Below the pieces are notes generated by a model that did not search any database, was not told where the DNA came from, and saw only the letters and a program-made list of their open reading frames with translations. The translations under genes and the position numbers were made by a program. Below are positions 10,217 through 22,922 of a stretch of 64,000 nt of DNA, piece by piece; the first letter of the stretch is position 1, and the number at the start of each line of letters is the position of its first letter. The DNA comes from Promethearchaeota archaeon (GTDB lineage: Archaea > Asgardarchaeota > Lokiarchaeia > Sigyniarchaeales > SOKP01): positions 47,935 through 111,934 of the forward strand of contig JAHPZI010000014.1 of assembly GCA_019058295.1 (NCBI GenBank), written 5' to 3'.

Positions 10217-11153
10217 CTACTTTCGTTAAAACTTTTTTCAAAAAACTGTTAACATTTGCTCCAGGACGAAGTTCAACAGAATCTGGAAGGATTAATTTCG
10301 CAGATTCAGCAATTAATTTATTATCTACGGTCTGATTCAATCTACTTGCCCGTTCTGAAACAAATCTTGCCAGACCTATACTGGTGCGCAAGCTAGGAGG
10401 TTTCTCAATCGCAGGATCTTCCCGACACTGTATCATTATTTCTAAGATTTTCTCTTGTGTTAAAGCAGAAAGTTTATATTCTGGACAATTTGCGACCATT
10501 ATTTTCTGTTCTAACGAACGTGGTGGATATCCCATGTGAATCCACACTTTTACTCGATCTTTGATTGCTGAAGGAAGCTTTCTAGTTCCTTTTAATTCAG
10601 CAGGGTTCATAGCAGCGATTACATAGAATTCTTCATCGACTTTTAACCAAGTTTTAAGTTGTGGTATGTATAATCGCTTTTCTTCCATGGCATCTAACAT
10701 ACTGTTAAGAACATACTCATCACCTCTATTAAGTTCATTTGCTAGAAAGACACCTCCTTTTAGAGCAGAGAGTGTAAACGGTCCAGGAATATATGATTCC
10801 GGAGAGAACCCATATTTAAACACTAGAGTAGGATCAAATGAACCTATTAGTGTGGCTGGTCGAACTAAGTCCGAAAAAGTTACCCAGTAGAATTCTCGAT
10901 TCAAATCAAAGGCGAATTTACGACAAAGAGCGGTTTTACCACATCCCACGGGTCCGACTATACCCACAAATAATCCTGCGTTATACGCATCCTTCATGGC
11001 TTCATATGCATATTTATATTGGCCTTCTAAGACCAAATTGATATCCTCTTTAATATCAACTATTTTTTTAGATTCCATCAATTCTGAAAATTCTTTGGAA
11101 TTTTCATCTATTGATTGAGTTTTTTTTTGCGTTGGTAAAGGTTTTTTTGCCAT
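10203..11153 (-). CDS. MoxR-family AAA+ ATPase
   Basis: GPVGCGKT, PGPFT, LANELNR, AAMNP, LPSAIKDR, PPSLR lid. Confidence 0.9.
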   Translation of the reverse strand: MAKKPLPTQKKTQSIDENSKEFSELMESKKIVDIKEDINLVLEGQYKYAYEAMKDAYNAGLFVGIVGPVGCGKTALCRKFAFDLNREFYWVTFSDLVRPATLIGSFDPTLVFKYGFSPESYIPGPFTLSALKGGVFLANELNRGDEYVLNSMLDAMEEKRLYIPQLKTWLKVDEEFYVIAAMNPAELKGTRKLPSAIKDRVKVWIHMGYPPRSLEQKIMVANCPEYKLSALTQEKILEIMIQCREDPAIEKPPSLRTSIGLARFVSERASRLNQTVDNKLIAESAKLILPDSVELRPGANVNSFLKKVLTKVVGVS

Positions 11154-11201
11154 TATTTTTCATTTTTTTTTTTTAATTTTATATAAATATAATTTTTTTA
11201 T

Positions 11202-11738
11202 CTAATCTTCAAAAAATTTTTCAGTCTCCGTTGGCTGGATGACAATCGGGACTTCATATTTTAATTTCTTTATAGCATTTGTAATTTTATCATAATCGGT
11301 ATCGTTAACAATACTTCTTCGAGTGAATCCTAATCTATCTGTTATAAATTTTCCTAAAAAGGTTTCTTTTAATCCTGAAATATTATATTTTCTCCCTTTT
11401 TTAAGAATTTTACATTGTTTTAACTCATCAATTCTCTTTACAAGAATTAGTTTAGCTATTGGCTGCCAAAATTCATTACTTTTCATAGTATCTAATAGAA
11501 AATCACGATGATTTATTTCCTCGTTCTTTAACATTACAGTAAGTTCCTTCAAAAAGTTCATAGAAAATCTTCTTTTAAAATCATCAGAAGAAACATATTC
11601 TTGAATATCATTCTTCGCACTGAGAAAAACAGATTTAAGATCGTCCATCTTCCCGAGATAAATCTGTTCAAATTCATCCATAAATGATTTAACACCTTGT
11701 TCAATTCCTATAATTTGAGGAGCTTCGTTAGCACACAT
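11202..11738 (-). CDS. Hypothetical protein in the SMC-MoxR-vWA operon
   Basis: 178 aa ORF, co-oriented, short spacers. Confidence 0.75.
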   Translation of the reverse strand: MCANEAPQIIGIEQGVKSFMDEFEQIYLGKMDDLKSVFLSAKNDIQEYVSSDDFKRRFSMNFLKELTVMLKNEEINHRDFLLDTMKSNEFWQPIAKLILVKRIDELKQCKILKKGRKYNISGLKETFLGKFITDRLGFTRRSIVNDTDYDKITNAIKKLKYEVPIVIQPTETEKFFED

Positions 11739-11755
11739 TTAATTCCCTTTTGGAT

Positions 11756-14290
11756 TTATCTTTCAATTTTAATTTTTTTATTACATGTTATTTTATCTAC
11801 ATCTTGATGGGTGATTAACATTACTTGGGTATTTTCTGATAATGTATTTATATTAGATAATAAGGTGATTCGGTTATTAGAATCCATAAACTCTGTAGGC
11901 TCATCTATTAACAAAAAGGGGGGTGTTCCAATTAAATCTCCAAGCGCAATCTTGTATGCAAGTCCCAATATGAGTTTATGTCCTCCTCCTTGGTAAACTG
12001 CAGCAGGATAAAATTCGTCTGATACCATCTCATTTGGCACGACTGAAAGACTATAGTTTTCATTATCTATAATAACTTTTTTAAACTCATCATCAGAAGA
12101 TAGTTTTTGATGCAAGTTCAATATTTGTTTTTCAAGAACTTTTGAAGCGTTTTCGCGAATAATAGTTTGAACTTCTACGAATAATTTATGAAAATTTCGA
12201 TATTTTTCCGCTAATACTTCTTTTTTATTTAGTAAAATTATTTCCTTTTCAATAGCAGCAAAATTTTTATCTAAATCGATAATTTGATTTCTGATTTCAT
12301 TAAGATTTTCATTAGTCTCGTTTTTTTGATTATTTAAATGTTCCAATATAGTTGATATCTCAGATATCTTGGTAATTATTAATTCTGTTAGCTCGTCTCT
12401 AATTTTAATAATATGTTCTAAAGATAGTTCTTCTTTCTTAACTTCCATTTTTTTGGCTATTTGAGACAAGGTTTCATTTAAGTATTTCTGATCTTTTGAA
12501 GTTTCTTTTGACGTCTTTTCAATCTTCTCTTCAATTCTTTGTTTTGTAGAGGCAAAATTTTTAAGGAGATTTTCTTCTTCTGTTTGACATGACTTTTCTG
12601 CCACTGCAATTTCACCTTTAAATCCCTTTAATTTATCGTCTAACTCTTTTAATCGACTTGTTTGATTTTCAATCGTATGTAATTCATTTTCTAAATCTTT
12701 TTCTATTCCTCGTAACTCCTCTAATTGTTTTTTATTTTTCTCAACTGTTTTTTCTTTTGATAAAATCGAATTTTTAATTGTCTTTAATTTTTGATCTAAT
12801 TCCTCATCAGAAGAGATTTTTCCCTTCTTTTCTTCTAAGTTCTCAATTTTTTGAATTGAATTCTCAATAGTAAGTGTTCCTGAATTTAGTTCTTTTTCCT
12901 CTTCCCTTAAGGTTTTTAACTCGTTTTTTACTTCTATCTCTCTATTCTCATTAGACTTAATCTTATTCCTTAGATCCTGCAACTTTTCCTTTAATAATTT
13001 CATCTCACTCTCAATTTTCGAATGTTCTATAGAAGCTCCGCAATATTCGCATTTTGGTTTATCTTTTGTTTGTTCTCTTCTTTTTAAAATTCCTTCAATG
13101 TCTCCATTTTCTCTTTCTGCATCTCTAAAAAAATTTTGTAAGCTTTCGACTTCTTTTTCAAGAGTAGATATCTTTTTTGAGATTATTTCCATTTGATTGG
13201 ATTGAGTCTTTAATTTCTTTAAGAGCTCTTCTTTATTTCCTACATCATCAATAATTATTTTTAGATCTTCTGAAATATCATTTAGTTGTTTTATAATATT
13301 TTCAGTTTCTATTTTGTTATTTTCCAATTCCCGAATTTCTTTTAAACTAGTCTCTATTTCTGTATCTGCTGATATTAGTTTATTATTATTATCTGTTAAT
13401 TTTTTTTTTATAGAAGTTGTTTTTTTTTTTAAACTGCTCTGCGTTCCAAAGTTTTTCTTACTCCCTTCAAACTCTTTTTTAACCATATCTTCCTTTAATT
13501 TAATATCTTCGAATTTTCTTTTTGTCTCTTCGTAGGATTCGACTGAATTAGAAATCTTTTCTGTAGATTCCTTAAAAATCTTAAAGCTTTTTAATTCATT
13601 TTCTTTATTTTGAACCTCCTTTTGAATTTCTTTCAATTTACCTTCTTGATTTTGTAATTTTTCTTTTTGTTCTATTTTTTCTTTTTTATATTGATCCAAC
13701 GTAATTCTTAAAGTATCGATGTTTTTCGCTTCTTTTTCAAATTCTAAGGCTCGCGCTCGAAAAATATCCGCTAATGTTGTGGCTGCGGTTATTCCAAAAA
13801 CAATGTCTAATTTTTTAGAACCAGCAAGAATTTCTGATATTGTTCCTTGGTGGAAATGTATTCCTGTTTCAAAAAATCTTTTTGAAATTCCCATTAATTC
13901 ATTAATTTTTAAAGATAGATCTTCTTCGCGATCACCAAAGTCTGATGATATAACATAGCTTTCACTGTCGTCATATATCTTTTTTAATGTATAAGATCCT
14001 TTAGCAGAACGATGCTTTCCAGATAATTTATGAATTCGCTGTAATTTGTATCTTTCACCATTTTTGCTCTTAAAAATAAGTTCCACACCTACAGCATTAG
14101 CTTTATAGGTTGCCAACTGCGAAATCTTTTTAAAGCCAAGCACATTTCCAAAAAGGCAGTATTCAATGCCATAAAAAACTGTAGACTTACCCGCATTGTT
14201 TCTACCATAAATAAGATTGAATTCATCATCAAATTCTAAGCGGAGATCATCATGTTTCCGGAAATTTTTTAATCGAATCCCTTCAATCAT
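11756..14290 (-). CDS. Rad50/SbcC-like SMC-family ABC ATPase with zinc hook
   Basis: GRNNAGKST, HFHQG Q-loop, coiled coils, CEYC hook, YQGGGHK signature, LLIDEPT, ITH. Confidence 0.9.
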   Translation of the reverse strand: MIEGIRLKNFRKHDDLRLEFDDEFNLIYGRNNAGKSTVFYGIEYCLFGNVLGFKKISQLATYKANAVGVELIFKSKNGERYKLQRIHKLSGKHRSAKGSYTLKKIYDDSESYVISSDFGDREEDLSLKINELMGISKRFFETGIHFHQGTISEILAGSKKLDIVFGITAATTLADIFRARALEFEKEAKNIDTLRITLDQYKKEKIEQKEKLQNQEGKLKEIQKEVQNKENELKSFKIFKESTEKISNSVESYEETKRKFEDIKLKEDMVKKEFEGSKKNFGTQSSLKKKTTSIKKKLTDNNNKLISADTEIETSLKEIRELENNKIETENIIKQLNDISEDLKIIIDDVGNKEELLKKLKTQSNQMEIISKKISTLEKEVESLQNFFRDAERENGDIEGILKRREQTKDKPKCEYCGASIEHSKIESEMKLLKEKLQDLRNKIKSNENREIEVKNELKTLREEEKELNSGTLTIENSIQKIENLEEKKGKISSDEELDQKLKTIKNSILSKEKTVEKNKKQLEELRGIEKDLENELHTIENQTSRLKELDDKLKGFKGEIAVAEKSCQTEEENLLKNFASTKQRIEEKIEKTSKETSKDQKYLNETLSQIAKKMEVKKEELSLEHIIKIRDELTELIITKISEISTILEHLNNQKNETNENLNEIRNQIIDLDKNFAAIEKEIILLNKKEVLAEKYRNFHKLFVEVQTIIRENASKVLEKQILNLHQKLSSDDEFKKVIIDNENYSLSVVPNEMVSDEFYPAAVYQGGGHKLILGLAYKIALGDLIGTPPFLLIDEPTEFMDSNNRITLLSNINTLSENTQVMLITHQDVDKITCNKKIKIER

Positions 14291-14312
14291 AAAAATACCT
14301 CAAAAAATTGAT

Positions 14313-14552
14313 TTATTCATTATCTTTTAAATCTTCCATTACTACCTCATTTTCAAAAAGTCTCGCTTCAAACATTTCTTGAATCCGTTCAATTAACTCA
14401 TCTTTCGCTTTCTTTAAAAGATTAAGAGTTTTTGTTAAATTCTTCTCATCATCATATAAATAGTTGGTAAATTCGAATAAGCGTGCTAAATTATTTTTTT
14501 CTCTATCGTTTAATTCAAATTTACTAAGGATTTCCGTAATTTCAAAATTCAT
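14313..14552 (-). CDS. Small helical hypothetical protein, first gene of the operon
   Basis: 79 aa, GGGAGA SD-like site upstream, 22 nt before the SMC start. Confidence 0.7.
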   Translation of the reverse strand: MNFEITEILSKFELNDREKNNLARLFEFTNYLYDDEKNLTKTLNLLKKAKDELIERIQEMFEARLFENEVVMEDLKDNE

Positions 14553-14764
14553 GCCGTTCTCCCCTATTTACCTTAAATTTATGCTTTTATAATAATAGAT
14601 TAAAGCTTATGTATGTAATTTTGACAGTTTGTCTTTAGCTTTCATATAATTTTTGAAAAAAGGGTTTAAAAACCAATATTTAATTTATAAGATTATTCTT
14701 TTTTTAATACCGAGGAGTAAAAAAATTTAGTAAAATAATAAAATCTCAAATTAAGTATGATACT

Positions 14765-15622
14765 ATGAGCGAACATTTTGCTTATGTGAATGGAGTTAAA
14801 ATCTGCTATAAAATCCATGGTAAGGAGAAAAGTTACCCGATAATTTGTGTTCATGGTTTTGGTTCTAAAAAAGAAACATGGATATGTCAAGTTGGTATGC
14901 TTTCTGAGAAATATAAAGTTATCAATTACGATTTGCGTGGTTCAGGAATGTCTGAGCGGCCAAACAAACCGTTCACTATGGAAATGTTAGCGGATGACCT
15001 TGCTGGTCTTATGGATTTCTTAAAAATTGAAAGGGCTCATTTTTTAGGTTTTAGCATGGGCGGGATGGTTATACAAAATTTTGTCATAAAATATCCTGAA
15101 AGGGTAAATAAAATTGTTTTAATCAACACGAGCGCAGGAATTTTACGGGAAGAGGGAATAGACATGTTTAAAAATAATCAACTCAGAAGAATCGAATTAA
15201 TAAAACAAGATGCGGCTAAAGTTTTTTGGCAAGATGTAAAAGCAGGATTTTATATTAGATTTAGGAAGCAAATGGAGGCTAATCCTAAAAAGAAAATTCA
15301 CGGTATTTGGTCACCGGAAGATCTCATCGAATATATTAAAACAAATCCTTCTACTCCTAAAGATGTTGAAAATCAAGCTTACGCAGTTAAGTCTCATAAT
15401 ACCTATGTTAGATTGAATGAAATTAAAAATGAGGTTTTATTGATTTCTGCCTCTCATGATCGACTTGTTCCTCGAGCTTCCATGCTTGATATTCATAAAA
15501 GAATTCATAATAGTATTTTCACGGTAATTGATAAAGCAGGACACGAAGTTCATAGATCAAGAGCCCCCGAAGTAAACAAAATAATCCTAGATTTTTTGGA
15601 AAGTAAAAAATTAAAATCATAA
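14765..15622 (+). CDS. Alpha/beta hydrolase
   Basis: HGFG, GFSMGG nucleophile elbow, D, AGH. Confidence 0.92.
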   Translation: MSEHFAYVNGVKICYKIHGKEKSYPIICVHGFGSKKETWICQVGMLSEKYKVINYDLRGSGMSERPNKPFTMEMLADDLAGLMDFLKIERAHFLGFSMGGMVIQNFVIKYPERVNKIVLINTSAGILREEGIDMFKNNQLRRIELIKQDAAKVFWQDVKAGFYIRFRKQMEANPKKKIHGIWSPEDLIEYIKTNPSTPKDVENQAYAVKSHNTYVRLNEIKNEVLLISASHDRLVPRASMLDIHKRIHNSIFTVIDKAGHEVHRSRAPEVNKIILDFLESKKLKS

Positions 15623-15655
15623 ATTTAAAACATCTAAAAGAATTACTGCAATATT

Positions 15656-16489
15656 ATGAGTGAACAGTTTGCTGAAGTTAATGGAATAAAAATTTGTTAT
15701 GAAATTCACGGCGATGGACATCCTGTAATTTTCGTTCATGGGTATGGTGCTGTAAAAGAAAATTGGATGTGCCAAATTGGAGCAGTATCCGAAAAATTTA
15801 AAGTTATTGTATTTGACAATCGGGGTGCGGGTAAGTCAGATCGTCCTAACATACCTTATACCATGGATATGTATCTAGAAGATATTAAGGGGTTAATGGA
15901 CTTTCTGAAGATTGAGAAAACCCATATTGTGGGATGGTCTCTGGGAGGCATGATTGTTCAGAACTTTATATTAAAATATCCTGAACGAGTTAATAAATTG
16001 GTATTAATTAACACTTTTGCAGGCTTTCCTAACGAACAAGGACTTATCATGTATAAGGATGGTCTGATTGATGGATATCACGAGATTTTAAAAGACCCAG
16101 TTAAAGCATTTTTCGATCACGCCCTTGGATTCACTCGCAAATTCAAGAAAATGATGCAAGAGGATCCAAAAAGAAAATTCTTTGGTTTATTTTCTGCCGA
16201 GGATATAATAAGGATAAACTCAACGAATCCCGCAACTCCTCAAGACATAGAAAATGGCGCAAATGCTATAAAGGCGCATAACGTTATGGATCGTCTTCAT
16301 GAAATAAAGAATGAAACTCTCATTTTAACAGCTGATAAAGACAGAATATCACCGAAATATGCAAATGAAAAAATCCATGAAGGAATTCCTAACAGTATTT
16401 TAAAAGTAATTAATGCCGCTGGACACGATTCTCCTTTTGAAAAAGCTCCAGATGTAAATCAAATGATATTAGATTTTTTAAAAGAATAA
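15656..16489 (+). CDS. Alpha/beta hydrolase (tandem paralog)
   Basis: HGYG, GWSLGG, AGH; collinear with the upstream gene. Confidence 0.92.
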   Translation: MSEQFAEVNGIKICYEIHGDGHPVIFVHGYGAVKENWMCQIGAVSEKFKVIVFDNRGAGKSDRPNIPYTMDMYLEDIKGLMDFLKIEKTHIVGWSLGGMIVQNFILKYPERVNKLVLINTFAGFPNEQGLIMYKDGLIDGYHEILKDPVKAFFDHALGFTRKFKKMMQEDPKRKFFGLFSAEDIIRINSTNPATPQDIENGANAIKAHNVMDRLHEIKNETLILTADKDRISPKYANEKIHEGIPNSILKVINAAGHDSPFEKAPDVNQMILDFLKE

Positions 16490-16589
16490 ATCCTCTTTTT
16501 TTCTTAATATTTTTAATTAATAAATGGTAATTTTATATTTCTTATTGAATTTTCCTTAACATTAAAGCTATATTTATCTAATTAGAATC

Positions 16590-17828
16590 ATGAATGTTAA
16601 ACATGGAGATAAAGTTAAGTATCCTGAATTAAGACCCCTATGGATCGGGTTATTTGTGGATATCCTTGGGTTTTATATCATAATTCCTTTCTTGCCAACA
16701 TTTATAGACGTTTTTAAGACGACACCTTTAGTAATTGGTTTATTATTGGCAACAAATGCAGTTTTTACATTAGTATTTGCACCGATATGGGGAAAAATTA
16801 GTGATAAAGTAGGGAGAAAACCTATTTTAATAATTTCTCAAATGGGAACTTGTGTAGCATTTTTAATATTAGCTTTTTCTAACACCTTATATCTTCTTTT
16901 TGTTGCCCGTATTGTTGACGGAATTTTTGGGGGTAATTTTCCATTAGTAAAAGCAATTATAACAGACACCGCCCCTCCAAAAGATCGAGGGCTTCAAATG
17001 ACAAATGTGGGAGTGGTCCATGTACTTGCAGGACTTGTCGGACCGGGGCTAGGAGGCATTTTATCAATTCTACGTATTTTAGGTCCTGAATATCCAGTAG
17101 CAACTGCAGGATTAGCTGCTGCAGCGCTTTCGTTCACCACAATCATGATTACAATTTTTTTTGTGAAGGAATCATGGCCTAAAGAGAGACGTTTAGATGC
17201 TGAGAAGCAAATTAAGATTAAATTAAAGTTAAGAAAAAATAAAGATGCATCCTATCTTCTAACCCAATATGCATTTCATACTTTTTCTTTTACAATGTAC
17301 ATAACTACGCTGACAATTTTTATTGGACTTGTACTCGGTCTTGGTGCATTAGAAATTGGAATTTTGTTAACAATCTCAGGCATTTTTCGAGCGATAGTTA
17401 GATTTACTTTATTTAAACTTACTCTCAAGTTATTAGGAGAGAAACGAATGACACAACTAGGATTATTCATTATTGTAGTAACTTTTTTCCTTGTTGGATT
17501 TGTAAGAGATGTCTGGACATTTCTTATATTAATGCTCATTATAAGTTATGGCGTTTCATGTTCAAGAGGATTATTAATAAGTAAAGTAACCCAATCTGTG
17601 GAGCCGAATGAGGTAGGAAAAATAAATGGTTATACCACCACCTTAGATAGTCTTGCCCAAGTTGCAGGACCAATAATAGGGACCCTTATTCTTACTCTTT
17701 ATGATCCTGCTTGGTTAGGTGTAAGCATGGGATTATTAGCTGTAGTTGCATTTTTTATGGCTTTCAAAAAGATTATGCCTCTCCATCTCAAAAATCAGCC
17801 ACTAGGAAAAGGAGAAACAAATGGTTGA
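16590..17828 (+). CDS. MFS transporter (TetA/DHA1-like)
   Basis: WGKISDKVGRKP motif A, ARIVDGIFGG, about 12 TM. Confidence 0.92.
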   Translation: MNVKHGDKVKYPELRPLWIGLFVDILGFYIIIPFLPTFIDVFKTTPLVIGLLLATNAVFTLVFAPIWGKISDKVGRKPILIISQMGTCVAFLILAFSNTLYLLFVARIVDGIFGGNFPLVKAIITDTAPPKDRGLQMTNVGVVHVLAGLVGPGLGGILSILRILGPEYPVATAGLAAAALSFTTIMITIFFVKESWPKERRLDAEKQIKIKLKLRKNKDASYLLTQYAFHTFSFTMYITTLTIFIGLVLGLGALEIGILLTISGIFRAIVRFTLFKLTLKLLGEKRMTQLGLFIIVVTFFLVGFVRDVWTFLILMLIISYGVSCSRGLLISKVTQSVEPNEVGKINGYTTTLDSLAQVAGPIIGTLILTLYDPAWLGVSMGLLAVVAFFMAFKKIMPLHLKNQPLGKGETNG

Positions 17829-17852
17829 TGATTAATAATTTTAATACTTCTC

Positions 17853-18671
17853 TTAAAAATTGAAAATTTCTTTTAACTTATTAAACTCTTCTTCTTGAGC
17901 AATTTCTTGTTCATTCTTCTGATAATCTTCATCATCACTCAACCATTTAATTTCTCTTAATTTAGTATCAACGCATAAACCTAAATCAGAAATAAAATAA
18001 TTCTTAGCAGGGGAATACTCCTTAAAAAAACCTTTATTCTTAAGAATTTTAAATAAATTCCATCCTTTTCCTTCAGCACATTCATTTAAATAATTTAATA
18101 TCTTTTTATGAATAATGCCTTCCTTATCTTCTGTTCTTTTATTAAATATAATATCTTTATCATTTCGAATAAAAAATAAGAATTTGTAAAAAGGATCTTT
18201 CTTCATTTCTTCTTGTAACCGCCCAATTACATTATTAAAATTTTCTTTCTCCATTTCCATTTCATCAAGATCCTTTATCGCGTTTCGAGCAAAAACAAGT
18301 ACCTCCTGAAGTTTCTGGTCATAATCCTCGCAATCCATATCTGGGACACTCTCTTCAGTAATTTTAATTAATTCGTCTTTCTTTCTTTTTCTTCTCCAAA
18401 TCTCAGATTTTAAAAAATCAATTTTTTCTTGATATTTTTGATAAAAAAAGTTCTCGAATTTATCAAGATGGAACTCGTAACTTTTAACAGGTTTTAAATC
18501 GATAATCAATTTTTTATTTAATAAAGATTTTATTTCTGGATATTTCTTTTGAATTACACTTAAGAATATTGGTGTCTTAATTGTTGATTTACAAAAATAA
18601 CTGATTAAATCAAGGTTTTTAATGTTTTGTTTTATAATTTTTATTGCTTTGCGCTTAACCGATTCTTCCAT
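17853..18671 (-). CDS. Hypothetical protein
   Basis: 272 aa charged ORF, no recognisable motif. Confidence 0.7.
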   Translation of the reverse strand: MEESVKRKAIKIIKQNIKNLDLISYFCKSTIKTPIFLSVIQKKYPEIKSLLNKKLIIDLKPVKSYEFHLDKFENFFYQKYQEKIDFLKSEIWRRKRKKDELIKITEESVPDMDCEDYDQKLQEVLVFARNAIKDLDEMEMEKENFNNVIGRLQEEMKKDPFYKFLFFIRNDKDIIFNKRTEDKEGIIHKKILNYLNECAEGKGWNLFKILKNKGFFKEYSPAKNYFISDLGLCVDTKLREIKWLSDDEDYQKNEQEIAQEEEFNKLKEIFNF

Positions 18672-18744
18672 GATTTAATGCACTGAAAAATGAATATAAA
18701 AATAGTATCAATTAAAATATAAAATGTTTCCTTTTCATCAGAAA

Positions 18745-18758
18745 TTATGATATCATAA
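18745..18758. promoter_or_regulatory. Perfect 14-bp palindrome TTATGATATCATAA, candidate operator
   Basis: Lies in the divergent intergenic region upstream of the GH2 gene. Confidence 0.3.
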
Positions 18759-18908
18759 ATCTTTATCTGTTTAGTATCGTCAAAACAAGGAAAGATAGTG
18801 CTTTTTTCTGGAGTTTAGGTAAACTAATTATCGTTTTAAAACATTCACTTTGAAGAAGACTCTTATTCTTTTTGGTAAAAAATTATTAATTTTAATGAAT
18901 ATTTATAA

Positions 18909-22067
<3,159 letters not shown>

Positions 22068-22145
22068 CCTACTTGCTAAGGTATTTTTAAGATACAAAAA
22101 CATTGAATCAAAGGAATTTTAAAGTTTATTATACCTTATAATTGT

Positions 22146-22922
22146 ATGGAAAATAATGAAAAAAAACAACAAACAGTTGAACTTCCCGCGTTAGATTTCT
22201 TTAAAATTAATTTTTTAAGTTTTTTAGTTCCTTTATATGTGTGTTTAGGATTGTTTTTATTGTTTGAGTATTGTTTTATAATTCCTTTTTCAATTCCATT
22301 AATTATACATTTGCTTCTATTACCTGGTTTTTTTCTTTTTTTATACTATGTATATCTAATAATATTAATCGAATTTACCGCTTTTTGGGCTAGAAAATGG
22401 AGTAAAAAATCTCCTCCCGTACAGGGGGTATTTAAACGAGTTCTTGATGATGTTAATAGTGAAGAGGGCAGAATGATTAAATATTATCATAAACGGGGCT
22501 TCATTATTAAATACCCGATGTGGTTAACTTCCAAATCTCCCTTTCCTTGGTTAATTAACAGAACCCTTCGAAGAATTGGGCATAATAAAATTGGAAAAAA
22601 TGTAATTTATTGCGATAGTTATGTAGGTTTAGAATTCACGGATTTAGGCGAAAACGTGTTTATTTATCCTACTACGTCACTATCAAGTCATGCGGTTAAT
22701 ACAATTTTTGGCAAAATAAGTATGTTAGAGATCAAATTAAGTAAGAATACTACATTATATCCAGGCATAATCGCTGGTCCTGGTGTATTAACCACTGAAA
22801 ATAACGTAATTTTTCCAAATACGGTACTCCATAAAAATTGGAGAGGTAAACAAGGAAAACGTTATTATCAAGGAAGCCCTGGTCGGCCTATAGAAATAAA
22901 TTACTTAGAAAAAGAGAATTAA
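22146..22922 (+). CDS. Membrane protein with C-terminal left-handed beta-helix (acyltransferase-like) domain
   Basis: 2 N-terminal TM; KIGKNV, LGENVFI repeats; GSPGR end. Confidence 0.65.
   Translation: MENNEKKQQTVELPALDFFKINFLSFLVPLYVCLGLFLLFEYCFIIPFSIPLIIHLLLLPGFFLFLYYVYLIILIEFTAFWARKWSKKSPPVQGVFKRVLDDVNSEEGRMIKYYHKRGFIIKYPMWLTSKSPFPWLINRTLRRIGHNKIGKNVIYCDSYVGLEFTDLGENVFIYPTTSLSSHAVNTIFGKISMLEIKLSKNTTLYPGIIAGPGVLTTENNVIFPNTVLHKNWRGKQGKRYYQGSPGRPIEINYLEKEN

Noticed and set aside
18720-18800. CUGAUGA...GAAA on the minus strand suggesting a hammerhead ribozyme or C/D box RNA
   Set aside because: No stem II and no GUH/stem III; guide spacing too short.
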